A stretch of DNA of 64,000 bases, taken from assembly GCF_964213995.1 (NCBI RefSeq), contig NC_135825.1, positions 11,904,001 to 11,968,000 on the forward strand. Reading direction: 5' to 3'. The stretch is from Mustelus asterias (Eukaryota). The position numbers were made by a program, and so were the translations under genes. Numbering within the stretch: the first letter of the stretch is position 1; each line of letters begins with the position of its first letter. Positions 1-11,998 of this stretch are shown piece by piece. The notes under the pieces were generated by a model. The model saw only the letters and a list, made by a program, of their open reading frames with translations, was not told where the DNA came from and searched no databases.

Positions 1-332
1 GTGTGGTGACCCTCAGGTTAAGTCACCAGCGGTCAGGTCTCCTCCTTAAAGGAGGAGCCTCTGGTCATCTGGGACTTTACCTTTGCATTATCTCTGAAAT
101 GGGCATTTAGATTTATGCTGCTCAGCAATTAAAAGCTATTTTCATTTCATGGGATGATTGAGTTGCAATATTTATTCATCTTCTGGCGATACTTTTTGAT
201 CCTGTCATTTTCCATGAAAAATGAAAATCAATGATTTTTCAGATTGACAAAAAAAAATAACTGGCAACCAGTATGGATGGACATTAATCATAAAAATTAT
301 TAACCCCATTGTTAGTTGAAAGAAACACTTAC

Positions 333-650
333 CAATGCTGCTCTGTATCACATAACTGCAATTCCCAGTTGTATCGAAGACCAACACATTAACCATTTCA
401 CTGGATTTTTCTCCCTGGTTATTTGAGGCTGTGCAGTAATATTGATGATGTTGCTGTTTGAAGGATTGACAATGTAGATCCAGTTTATTGGTGTCAGAGA
501 TCTTTGAATCTTCAGGCGGGGTCTTTTCATACCATGTGTACTGAATGGGAAGTGATCCCTGGACAGACTCACAGGAGACGGACACTGAGCCCCCAGAACA
601 TGAGGCATTTGGTGGTGATAGAAATTTAAGTTCAGGAACAGACATTGGTT
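333..650 (-). CDS. Gene A exon 3: C2-type Ig domain (EPMSVPELKFLSPP...VSCESVQGSLPIQYTWY...YYCTASN...SSI); gene continues off the left edge
   Basis: Acceptor ttcttccccacag at 651, donor G|GTAAGT at 332; 318 nt, phase 1-1; C..W..YxC Ig core; paralogous to exons at 22.4, 24.9 and 27.7 kb. Confidence 0.9.
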
Positions 651-1914
651 CTGTGGGGAAGAAACAGACATTCAGACACTTGAGTGAACATCTAAGAATC
701 AAACAATCTGTGATTTTTATCCCTTCAGCATCTCAGCCAGGGGCGGCCATGTTGGAATCTCACCAGCACATCCACGTCTCCACGGGGGCGAATGCTTAAC
801 TGGGGTTTGTACGTGGGAAGTGTGTTTGTGCTGTCCAGAAAGTTAGAAATACCCAGGAAAGTCGAGTTTGTGCTGAATTTAACAGCAAAATCTGACCAGA
901 ACTCTTCCAGAATTGAGAGTCTGGCTGGAGTTTGAGCAGAAAAGTCTGTTGTGTAAGATTTGGAATTGGTGGGAGTGTGAGTTCGGGGGACAGTAGCGAG
1001 GAGGGAATCAGGGAGGCTTTATTGGTTGGGGCAGAGTTGGCCAATCATGGGGGTGGGGGGGGCGGGGGGGCGGTGATTGTACAATATATTTGCCTGGGGG
1101 CCAGGGTGAAGCACTCCTGTGCCCCTGGGACCTGAATCCGTGTTGGAAAAGCTGCTGGACCCATCAAATCCCACCGCCATGAACACATTGGGTCCAGAGT
1201 TTGGTCCTGTACTGCTGTGTTTGCTGAACTCCATTGCTGCTGCCCTAGTTGGCAGCTCAGGTGCAGACATTCCCCTAGCCCATCCTGCACGTCTGCACCC
1301 TTCGCTTGAACCATGAGGCAGACTAACCCAAACCTGAATGTGAATCATGTTGTGCTGAGGTCATGTTGGTGAGGGTAGTATATTCACCGTGTGGGGATGA
1401 TCCCAATGGCAGGCATGATGATAAGGTGCAAATGGATTAAAATTACGTTCTCGCCATTTGACTAAACCAGACTGATTTTTAACCATTCCGCCATATTTTC
1501 CGTTCACGATGCCAAGCGCGCCCATTACCAACTCCGCACAGTTCCTCTTCTGGCCACTGCTGTGTTGTTGCTGCAGGAACTGGATAGTTGTCAGCCAATC
1601 AGATTAGACTCTCCAAGGCAGACTCCCTCCGGAGCGAGGGGCGGATCTCTCACCCAATAAGAATCAGCACACATACGAGCGTTAAATGACATCACGCTAT
1701 CCCAAAAATTCAGGCCCCCGGATCCTGTTAAATTCTGTCGATTGATTCTATTTTATTATATTTGAGGGAATTATACCAGAAGGTACAACTGGCTCTTAAC
1801 TATTTGTCCTTTTGTTTTAATCTAAAAACAAACACCTGACAGTGTGACAAGTTGGTCAGTCCATGAATTGGGTTTGTGGGAGGCAGATTTCCCCAACTTT
1901 GCCCTCTGAGGGGA

Positions 1915-2245
1915 GCTGGTGGCGTGGTGGTATTGTCACTGATCTAGTAATCCAAAAAACCCAGGGTAATGCTCTGGGGACCTGAGTTCGAATCCTGGCA
2001 CGGCAGATGAATTTGAATTCACTAAAAATCTGGAATAAAAAGTCTAATGATGACCAAGGAACAATTGTCATAAAAACCCAACTGGTTCACTAATGCCCTT
2101 TAGAGAAGGAAATCTGCCATCCTTCCCTTATCTGGCCTACATGTGACTCCAGATCCACAGCAATGTGGTTGAATCTTAAAATGCCCTCAGGGATGCTACT
2201 AATAAATGTTGGCCCAGCCAGTGATGCGCACATCCCATGAATCAA
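1915..2245 (+). mobile_element. tRNA-derived SINE (second family; related pieces at ~58376-58430 + and ~61255-61585 -)
   Basis: A-box-like tggcgtggtgg, B-box gttcgaatcc, shared body between copies. Confidence 0.65.
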
Positions 2246-2916
2246 TGAAAAAACAAGCTGCCAGACTCTGCACTGCAGTGGATCCTCGGGATACCGGAGC
2301 TGTCAATGTTTCCTTCCAGAGAAAACCATGGCCTGAATTTTTCGCTCATCATGTGTGTGCACTCAGCGAGTCTGGACGCGGGTACGAAACCTCAGCCCCG
2401 AAGCGCAGTTCCACACTGGCTGTCCAATGAATGGGGGAAGAGCCACTGTGGAGCTGTCTCAGGGAGCTGTTGACCTGTGAAAAATATCAATGTTAAAACG
2501 ATACCGCGAGTGTCAGGGCAGCACGATCACACACACAGCTCAGGCCCCAGACACATTTCTTACTTTAATATGAACCCTGACCTTTCATTCCGCCCTGGAT
2601 CGAGGTTGCAGCTAAAATGTAAAGGTCACCTGGCCAATTGGCCCACCCGCCAACTGTAAAGGCAGACGGGCAACTTAAAGTCCTGGACAATTGGTGTTTA
2701 ATGAATTTAAATTGACTTTTGCATGGCTGGCAGCCGCACTTCCGACTTGCGCATGTGCCTGGCGACTGAAATATTGAGAGAAGGCATATTGCCGTCGGGG
2801 TGTGATTTTACCCACATTCGGGTAGGGCACACGCCTGATCTTTATACATAAAATTCTGGCCATTGATCAGAGATTTCAGTCAAGAGTAATAAAGATAATC
2901 ACTGAGAATAACGCAC

Positions 2917-3228
2917 CGTTAGATATTTGTAGGTTTACGTTATACAATGGATCGAGACCGGATGCTTCAATTCCACAGCTGTACCATCCTGCATCTCCTG
3001 AGCGAAGATCCTTCATGGTGACAACAAATACTCTTCGTGACTTGTTATCTGTGACTGAAATTCTTCCATTTTGCCAATTTGTCTTTGCTACAACATCACA
3101 TTGGCGATTCCAGCCGCGACACCAATATTTCACGTGTGACCGGTACCACACACCATAGTGACAATCGATTGTGATCGATCTTCCCACAATTCCTCTCACT
3201 TCCTCTTTTGCCCACAATGCACCTGAAA
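2917..3228 (-). CDS. Gene A exon 2: CD300/pIgR-like V-type Ig domain
   Basis: Acceptor ctcctcag|TTTCAG, donor G|GTGCGT; 312 nt, phase 1-1; ITIDC..KYWC-x6-C..DAGWYSCG with the extra C-C' cysteine pair typical of CD300/pIgR/TREM V domains. Confidence 0.92.
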
Positions 3229-4183
3229 CTGAGGAGACAACATTTCAGGAATTGAACAGGGAATAATTGCTTCATTCAAACAGACCCATTCTAATGAGTT
3301 AAATTCCATGCAGCTTGTGATGAAAATAAACATTAATATAGACATTTATCACAGTCTCAGAGTGTCAAAAGCATTTCTGTCAATTATTAATTTAAAAAAA
3401 TATTTGATGTATTTTCCTGAACCAATGACAGGGGCTGGGGGAGCAGGGATGGGGGGCGGGGGGGCCTGGAAATTGGGGTTCTGCCTCACATTGTGGGCCT
3501 TCACTCCAGAGTGTGATTGTGAGACATCCTCAAGAGGTTTCAGACCCAGAAACAAACCTAATTGACGGGTCCAACTTGCAGTTAGTTGGGGAGCAGCCCG
3601 GAGGAGATGACAGGAGCAAAGAGGTCCTTGATCTGACCTGAGAGGTGGTGTAGGCAGTAGGGATGGGATGTGACTCACACATTAAATCCTGGCAGGAGGG
3701 GGGTTTTCAGATCTTGGGTGGGTTTGGGATTTCAGGAGGTGAAGATTGCCGACCTTGGTGATGGTGCACGGGATTGGTGGCCTTGGAGGATGGCCGGAGG
3801 TCTTAGGTAACAATTTAGATGCCTGCTGAGAAGGAGACTGGAAACCTGGGGAGGTTTGGATGACTTAGGGGAAATGGAGGCCTGGGTTTGGGCCATGGGT
3901 GGCCTGGGGGGACATGAGACCCCTTGGAAGGATGGCAATGGAACGACGGGTGTATGGACAATTTGAAAGCATGTTTTGTTGGAGGTGATGCAGATTTCAT
4001 GGGGCGGTCAGGTGACAAATTGTAATGATTGGGGCGGTGAATGAGTTTGCATCAAGTGGGAGTTGGGCAGTGTAACAAATCTGCAGAGGCAGAAGTCCCT
4101 TCACCAAAATCCCTTTATTTACAATTCCAACAGCAGTACACAGGGTGCTTTCTGTCAGCAGTCTACCTTCGGGAGTGCCAGAG

Positions 4184-7100
4184 TGATGCGCGATTAAATC
4201 ACTCGGGAGGCTAGATTGTACCTGGGAAATAAAGGCTTCTATTACTGACAAGAATGGAGCACACTATACACAATACAATCCCAGACTAAAGGGTCACCAG
4301 GCAGTGCAGTGACCTTTATACTTCCCCTGGTAGGCGAAGCCAACTGGAGTGTACCACAGAACAATATCAACAGGTAGAACAGTCCAACCCTAACCCCAAC
4401 AGTAACTACAGTAACATATCTACAAACACCCATAGTGCTGACCATCCATGGCTCAGCACTCATAGTGGTAACCAACTATGGTTCACCACATTCACCCCTC
4501 CTTTAAAACAAAGGCCGGCGGGGCTAAAAAAAACAGAACAACTGTTCATATATTCACAAGTTCAGTCGTATTGGAGGACCGCACCGTCTCTGCGACCTCC
4601 TCAACACTGGCGGTAACGTCGGTTCTGGTAACCGTGGTGACCTTCTCTCCAAGGCGGTGTCCAGTGACTCCTCCAGTTCCTCACGGACAGGTGGACCACG
4701 AGGTGGCGACAATCTGCTGGACTCGAGCACGCCTCGAGGTGGTGACAATCTCCTGGACTCAGGCAAGCTGTACACGGGAGTAAGAGGATTAAGTGGTGGT
4801 CCCGATACTGCCCGCGCCGTGTCAGGAGGGGAGATAAGGGTCGGGTGGTCCCTAACTAGGGGTGTGGAAGCGACTGGGGTTTCCAAGTCCCCTGCAGGCG
4901 CCAGATCTCTAATAGAGACCGTGTCTTCTCGCCCGTCAGGATATGCCACATAGGCATATTGAGGGTTGGCGTGGAGGAGATGGACCTGTTCAACCAAAGG
5001 GTCGGACTTGCGGGTCCTAACATGCCGCCGCAGGAGGACAGGTCCTGAGTGCGTCAACCAAGACGGTAATGAGGTCCCAGAGGAAGACTTCCTAGGGAAG
5101 GAAAACATCCTCTCATGTGGAGTAGCGTTGGTTGCCGTACACAGGAGTGAGCGGATAGAATGGAGCGCATCAGAGAGTACCTCTTGCCAACGGGAGACTG
5201 GAAGACCTTTACACCTCAATGCCAGTAAGACAGCCTTCCAGACTGTAGCATTTTCTCGTTCAACCTGTCCGTTACCCCTAGGGTTGTAACTCGTAGTTCT
5301 ATTTGAGGCAATCCCTTTTGAGAGCAGGTATTGCCTCAAGTCGTCACTCATGAATGACGAGCCCCTATCACTGTGGACATAGCTGGGGTAACCGAACAGG
5401 GTGAAAAGATCCCGTAATGCTTTGATAACCGTGGCAGTGGTCGTATCAGAACAGGGAATGACAAAAGGGAATCGTGAGTACTCGTCAATCACATTGAGGA
5501 AGTACACGTTCCGATCTGTCGAAGGAAGGGGGCCCTTGAAGTCCACACTCAGTCTTTCGAAAGGGCGTGTGGCTTTAATGAGGTGTGCCCTGTCAGGTCG
5601 GTAGAAGTGCGGTTTGCATTCAGCACATACCTGGCAGCTTCGGGTTATTGACCTGACATCCTCCACTGAGTAGGGTAGATTCCGGGCCTTTACGAAATGG
5701 AAGAGCCGAGTGACCTCCGGATGGCAGAGATCATTGCGGAGGGCCTGTAATCGATTCTCCTGCACACTTGCACATGTTGCACGCGACAGGGCATCTGAGG
5801 GCTCATTGAGTTTCCCTGGACGGTACATGATATCATAATTGTAGGTGGAGAGTTCGATTCTCCACCTCAAGATTTTATCATTTTTGATCTTACCCCATAA
5901 CGTGTTGTTGAATATGAACGCCACGGACCGCTGGTCCGTGAGCAAGGTGAATCGTTTTCCCGCCAAGTAATGGCGCCAATACCGAACGGCCTCCACAATG
6001 GCCTGAGCCTCTTTTTCCACTGCAGAGTGCCGAATTTCGGGGCCTTGGAGGGTGCGAGAGAAAAAAGCGACGGGCCTGCCCGCCTGGTTAAGTGTGGCGG
6101 CCAGGGCGAAATCAGATGCATCACTCTCCACCTGAAAGGGGATGGACTCATCAACGGCGTGCATCGTGGCTTTCGCAATGTCGGCTTTTATCCCTTCAAA
6201 AGCTAAGCGAGCCTCTGTTGCTAGGGGAAAGGAGGTAGACTTGATGAGCGGACGGGCTTTGTCTGCATAATTGGGAACCCACTGTGCATAGTATGAGAAG
6301 AAGCCTAAGCATCTTCTCAGTGCTTTGATGCTAGTGGGCAGGGGAAGTTCCAGGAGGGGACGCATACGGTCTGGATCAGGGCCAAGGACCCCGTTTTCCA
6401 CCACGTATCCGAAAATTGCTAGGCGGCGCTTGCGAAATACGCACTTCTCCCTGTTGTAGGTCAGATTCAGGCGAGACGCAGTGCGTAAAAATCTAAGGAG
6501 GTTGGCATCGTGGTCCTGCTGGTCATGGCCGCAGATAGTGACATTATCCAGGTACGGGAAGGTAGCCCGCAGCCCGTTCTGGTCCACCATTCAGCCCATT
6601 GCATGCTGGAAGACCGAGACCCCATTCGTGACGCCAAAGGGAACCCTTAAAAAGTGATAAAGACAACCATCCGTCTCAAAGGCCGTGTATTTTTGGTCCT
6701 CTGGATGAATGGGGAGCTGGTGGTAAGCTGACTTCAAGTCAATGGTGGAGAACACCCGGTACTGCGCAATCTGGTTGACCATGTCAGATATGCGCGGGAG
6801 AGGATACGCATCCAGCTGCGTATATCTATTAATGGTCTGACTATAGTCTATGACCATCCAGGGTTTGTTTCCAGTTTTAACCACCACTACTTGCGCTGTC
6901 CATGGACTAGAGCTAGGTTGGATGATCCCTTCCCTGAGGAGCCGCTGAACTTCAGATCGAATAAAGATCCGATCCTCAGCGCTGTAACACCTGCTCTTGG
7001 TTGCGATGGGCTTGCAGCCTGGCACAAGATTCTCGAATAAAGATGGTGGGGTGATTCTGAGTGTCGAGAGGCTACACGTGGAGCGCGCTGGGCAATTTGG

Positions 7101-8115
7101 AGGCTGCTGTGCTTCCACTGAAAGTGGAGGGAGTGGTCCATTGTACTGCAGGGTTACACGCCTCAGGTGGACCATAAAGTCTAGTCCCAGGAGCATCGGA
7201 GCGCAAAGGTGCGGTAACGCAAGGAGCCTGAAGTTCTCGTAAACTGTGCCCCGCACCGTTAGGTTGACCACGCAGCTCCCTAGCACGGTAACAGACCGGG
7301 ACCTCGACGCCATCGAAATTGTCTGTCTGACAGTCCGTACTCGGAGACCGCACCGTTTCACGGTGTCAGGGTGAATGAAGCTCTCCGTGCTCCCGCTGTC
7401 AAACAAACAATGAATTTGGCGTCCATTTACCTCTATGCCCATCATGGACTTGTCGAGTCTGTGAGGCTTGGCCTGGTCCAGGATGATTGACGCCACCATT
7501 GGGTCTTGGGTGCCACTGCAGGCAGCTGAGATGGTTGATGATGATGACCCCTGCTGGTCGTCCGCAGTCGGTGCCGACCAAAATGGCTGCGCCCATGGAT
7601 CGCACGTGGTCGGTGGCGCTAAAAGTGGCGGCCCCTGCAGGTCGCACATGTCTTGCATCTCCGTCGTCAGGAATGGCGGCGCTCTGGAATCGCACATGGT
7701 GGAAGACCTCGAAGACGCTGGAGACAAGGAGGCAGGCTCAGGAGAATCACACGCCGCACTGCTATGTTTGGAGAGTGATTTGGTCCTGCAGACTTTGGCA
7801 TAATGCCCTTTCTTTCCACACGCGGAGCACAATAGCGTTCTAGCTGGACATCGCTGCCGAGGGTGTTTCGCCAATCCACAGAAGTAACACCGTGGGCCTC
7901 CTGGAGCTGCCGCCGTCGTCAGGTCCGAGGTTGGAAACACAATCGTGCAGTTTTTCGGAGCCTCTGGGTAGAGTTGAGTCGGTGGCTGTACTTGCCACGA
8001 TGTTCCCACGTGGTCGGTGGGGTACGTTTCTAGACTTCTGGAGACTGTCTCCATAGCGTCGGCCAATTCTACTGTCTTAGCGAGGTCTAGATTACCTTGC
8101 TCTAGCAGCCGTGGT
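4184..8115 (-). mobile_element. Ty3/Gypsy LTR retrotransposon, 5'-truncated (gag Zn-knuckles, PR, RT, RNase H, IN, PPT, 3' LTR 4184-4490)
   Basis: CCHC knuckles, LFDSGS protease, RT, RNase H (SDASD), IN (HPE..CQVC, DFKG, HSDRG, E); PPT at ~4491-4505; one nonsense codon at 6591-6593; lies in gene A intron 1. Confidence 0.95.
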
Positions 8116-8330
8116 CAACACAGAAACAGTTTGCTAATCCAAAGATGTGCAGGTTAGGTTGATTGGCCATGCTAAAAATTGTCCCTTAGAGTCCTGAGAT
8201 GCGTAGGTTAGAGGGATTAGTGGGTAAATGTGCAGGGATATGGGGATAGGGCCTGGGTGGGATTGTGGTCGGTGCAGACTCGATGGGCCGAATGGCCTCC
8301 TTCTGCACTGTAGGGTTTCTATGATTTCTA

Positions 8331-8790
8331 ATGCCCATCAAACGTTTACTAAAGTTGTTCAAAGAACTGAGGAGATTAAAAGGGACATTAAACTTATCAA
8401 AGTCATCAACTAGTGGGATGATTAATGAAGCAGGGGTACAAATATGCACCTCCATTCATGGATTTGTCTCATGTTACCTGTCCAGTGAGACGTGACCTGA
8501 TACTTTCTGTGTTGACCAAATAAGGATCGTTGTTTGGATGGGTGCAAGATAGACCAGAGCCGCTGATTACTGCCTTACACCATATATGGTGAAGCTACGT
8601 GATTTACACGCAACTTGGTATTAACATTTGGGAGTTATTTATGAGTAACACCATTGGCTCTCACTGAACATTGTGATTAGTTCCCAGTGGTATCATTGGT
8701 TGAGTGTCAGAGAATTTTCTGGAAGGATGTGCAAAGTTTGAGATAAAAAGAGGAACTTTGAGTCATTTCCTCAGCAGAAACTCAAAAATG
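8331..8790 (+). mobile_element. ERV remnant (env 3' end plus LTR piece), paralogous to ~47110-47810
   Basis: TFTKVVQRTEEIKRD matches TFSKVVQRTKEIKRD; LTR segment matches the LTRs at 42.4 and 47.6 kb. Confidence 0.75.
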
Positions 8791-8802
8791 AGTGAAGTAG
8801 AG

Positions 8803-9128
8803 GGGTGGCCCAGTGGCACCGTAGTTAGCACTCCTGCCTCACAGCGTCAGAGCCCTGGGTTCAATTCTGGTCTCGGGTCACTGCCTGTGTGGAGTCCGCA
8901 AGTTCTCCCCGTGTCTGCATGGGTTTCCTCCGGGTGCTCCGGTTTCTTCCCACAGTCCAAAGATGTGTGGGTTAGGTTGATTGGCCATGCAAAATTGACC
9001 CTGGTATTGGGGTGATAAGCAGGGTAAATATGTTGGGTTACAGGAATGGGGCCTGGGTGGGATTGTGGCTGGTGCAGGCTTGATGGGCTGAATGGCCTCC
9101 TCTACACTGTAGGGATTCTATGATTCTA
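8803..9128 (+). mobile_element. HE1/V-SINE family copy (a 3' partial copy at ~8130-8330)
   Basis: tRNA-like head, V-domain ggtttcctccgggtgctccggtttc, CR1-like tail ending ttctatgattcta. Confidence 0.85.
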
Positions 9129-10109
9129 GAGGTTCAGAGAAGATGGGACTGGGAGATTGACATTGCTTTCTAGAAAATAGATCGATTGTAAATGGTGGAG
9201 AGTTGATAATGTTGATCAAAAACTCCATTGCAGTGTAGTATTAGATAATGTTAAAATGGGCAGGAGTGAAAAGTGAAACCTAGTTTAATAAAGTTAATGA
9301 ATTGAAAGAAAAAGAGTGGGAACATGAATATGAACCAATTGTCTACTATAGAGAAACATTGTCTCTGACAGAATCTCATGAAATCATTATCATCAACTGT
9401 ATGTGAAACAACAGAAACAGTTGCAAACGAGAGCCATGTTCTGTTTGTAGGATTATTATCACTGCAGTTTTCAGATTGTATTGCACAACAGATAACATTT
9501 CAGTTACCAATTAAAAACAGCTTCTATTTTTAAAATGATGCTTCCGAGATTTTAAAAAATTAAATTATCCTTAATTTCCCATCCACAATTAATAATGCAG
9601 TTTACTTTATTTGGTGAATGTATGCATGTTGTGCTAATACACAAACGAGGAGATACAATGCATCATAAATATTATTCATTTATATTTGCTAAGTATTTTG
9701 TGCCATTCGACTCAAGAGACTTCCCAAATCTAGAGATACATGAGGCAGACAAAGCAAATGTGTGTGTCTGTTTCCAATAGCTTGTCCTTCCTGAACCTGG
9801 TCACAAGCCTGAAGTCAGAGACTATAGCATGAGGGACATCACTCCACATCAAGACATTGCTGTCTGAGTATCTCTCCCTCTTACCGCCTGCCTTCAGCGC
9901 GTTGGTGCAATTTGCAACCTTGTTAGAATCCACCTTCCATTCCCATCAAGAGCAGGAGCGGGTCTAGAACCTGGAACTTCTGGCTTATGTACAGAGACTC
10001 TACTCACTGCAACACAAAACCGCCTTCTGCGTCGTTACACATCTCCAAATATTTAAACGTCTCTGCCGTATAACCTGTGGACTAGAGTTAAACTAACACT
10101 GTTACTCAC

Positions 10110-10146
10110 CGGGCAGAGAGCAAATGAGGAGAATCAAAATCCACAT
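10110..10146 (-). CDS. Gene A exon 1: signal peptide MWILILLICSLP(V)
   Basis: ATG plus 37-nt hydrophobic exon ending G|GTGAGT (phase 1); joins the V exon to give MWILILLICSLPVSGALW. Confidence 0.88.
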
Positions 10147-10262
10147 CGTTGCGTTGGAGATCAGATCAGTGTTTGTCGTCAGTCCCCCAGCTCCTGTGTC
10201 TCACGCTGAAATAGGTTTTGAATATAAGTTGTCGAAGGAATTTAAAAAGGGGAAGAAGACAG

Positions 10263-10270
10263 CAGGAAGT
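10263..10270 (+). promoter_or_regulatory. ETS/PU.1-type site CAGGAAGT about 120 bp upstream of the gene A ATG (also at 49357-49364 and 50324-50331)
   Basis: Motif kept at the equivalent position in all three leader-exon promoters, including the divergent one. Confidence 0.45.
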
Positions 10271-10508
10271 TATGTCATGAAAGCTCAGTAATCCAGATGA
10301 TGAAATCTGGCCCGTAAGATCTTGAACTTCTGTTAGTCACCTCTAACAAAAGAACTACACCAGCTTGCATTGAAAGAATATAAAATTCTGAACAATAAAA
10401 CAATGTTAAAAAGTTAGAACAGATGGACAATAATGAACAAGCTAATTATTTCCAATGAATTAGGAGGCAAGTTAGAGCCACCCCCCTCCTATTGAGATTG
10501 AATCTCTG

Positions 10509-11458
10509 GTGATGCTAGTGTACCTTCAAGAAATGTTTTTTTTCAATCGTGTTCCCTGCAGTTGTAAGCAGGCCTTTAGGTTTCATTGTTGATGGGCTGT
10601 CTGCGAGAAGTCCTTTTATTGCTGCTGCGATGGCTTATTTTTACTCTGGGCCTTGGGTACTTTCTGGGATTTGTTTTATGGCCCTGCAGTGTTAGGAGGA
10701 AGACTGATTGGCAGGTCATGTGTTTTGGACAGTTTTTTTTCCTAGTGAATTCAAAGGTTAAAGTCAAAGTTTATTTATGAGTCAGAAGGAGGCTTACATT
10801 AACACTGCAATGAAGTTACTTTGAAATTCCCCTAGTCGCCACATTCATTTTCAGTTTGGCTGCTGACTGCAGCTTTAGTTTAGAAGGGAGTGGACATCAC
10901 ACTGAAAAGCAGTGCTTCTCTCTCTCACCCTGGTATTGGAAATTCTGCTGGCTAGCTGGAAGCAAGGTTTCTTGCCTTCCTGGAGTGAAAGTTCTGCTGT
11001 TGGTGTTTTTGTTGGCGAGTATCTAGAGTCTCCCTCTCTCCCTGGTGTTTTGGGAAGCTGTTCTAACTTCAAGCTTGTTGTGTGTGTGTCTCAAGTGAAC
11101 TGCAGCATCCAACCAAAGGACGAAATTCCAACATCATGTGAGCATTTGTATTTTTAAACCTGTGGCAAGGTCTTTGTAAAGGGAAGTTTGATTGGAACAT
11201 TTCATACATTTATTAAGGATTATACAATATCATGGTTGTCTTTTTTTCTTGTTTGTAATTGGTAAAAGTTATTGGTAATTTTCTTTTTATACATGTTAAC
11301 TGTATTCTTAAATGAACTTTGTTTGATTAAAGTGGTTCAGTTGACTCATACCAGAAGTGAAGAATCTCATGCTCACCCTAGCCAGATTCAAATTGCAAAA
11401 CTTATGATGCAGGCAGACTCCATAACACACTTTGGAGTTTCTGACTTGAATTATAACA
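10509..11458 (+). mobile_element. Solo LTR (same family as 58904-59677) with a SINE tail fragment inserted at ~10765-10845
   Basis: Ends ...gaattataaCA; both ends match the reverse complement of the 58904-59677 element; absent from the paralogous promoter at ~50.5 kb. Confidence 0.7.
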
Positions 11459-11918
11459 GTCTGCTGACGTTACCTGGAGACTGACCCAGCAACAACCTGA
11501 TGTGTTCTGTGCTGGGAAATGTGTCTGGTACCCCAAATAAACTCCACTGGAACATGTGGACGCTTTTGGGAATTCAAAGCCCTTACCTCTGTCTAGAACC
11601 TACACCCTCTGCTGCCATAACAACAGAGAATCAGGAGTAGAGTTTGGAATGCCTCTCTGGAGCCTGTACTTGTTTCTTGATCCTGATTTATTGGAATCAT
11701 TGATCTCTCTGTTGCTCCTCCCTCATTCTACTCTATCTCAAAACGAGTCTGTTGGTGTCTTTCATTACCCCAGTTCCGAGAAGGGTCTGAGAAGCTTAAA
11801 TTTGTGTTTTATTCTCCTTGAACCTGTCCCTTTTCTGTGGCTGTGCTCAGATCATGTTGTGTCGAATATTGATTCAAAGGTACTTGGATTGGAGGATCTG
11901 TTCTAACGTCTTTGTTAT

Positions 11919-11998
11919 TCAGGGGTTTGAACAGTTGTTTGAGTGAGATTGAATGTTCTGTATCAGATAATTTGCAGTAAATTTGGAAATATCCAGGT
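11919..11998 (-). CDS. Candidate alternative terminal exon of gene B: (D)LDISKFTANYLIQNIQSHSNNCSNP*
   Basis: Pyrimidine tract plus cag acceptor, phase 1; AATAAA at 11808-11813; needs the 10-nt micro-exon at 13325-13334. Confidence 0.3.

Noticed and set aside
2477-2863. Small ORFs identical to those at 38012-38398, suggesting conserved peptides
   Set aside because: Identity reflects near-identical duplicated intron DNA; no splice sites or coding signal.
2876-2916. Hydrophobic GALFSVIIFITLD after the V domains as a TM or GPI signal
   Set aside because: It lies past a conserved phase-1 donor, is only ~10 residues long, and the equivalent stretch is closed by a stop codon in the 23.2-kb copy.
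2917-3228. V exons as rearranging Ig/TCR/NAR V segments
   Set aside because: They include the G strand, end in splice donors, and I saw no heptamer-nonamer RSS; the Cys pattern is CD300/pIgR-like.
6588-6596. In-frame TGA between the two Gypsy ORFs as programmed read-through
   Set aside because: It lies within RT, and the sister copy has CGA (Arg) here, so it is a CpG-type nonsense mutation.
8803-8880. tRNA-like sequences with A/B boxes
   Set aside because: These are SINE heads, not tRNA genes.
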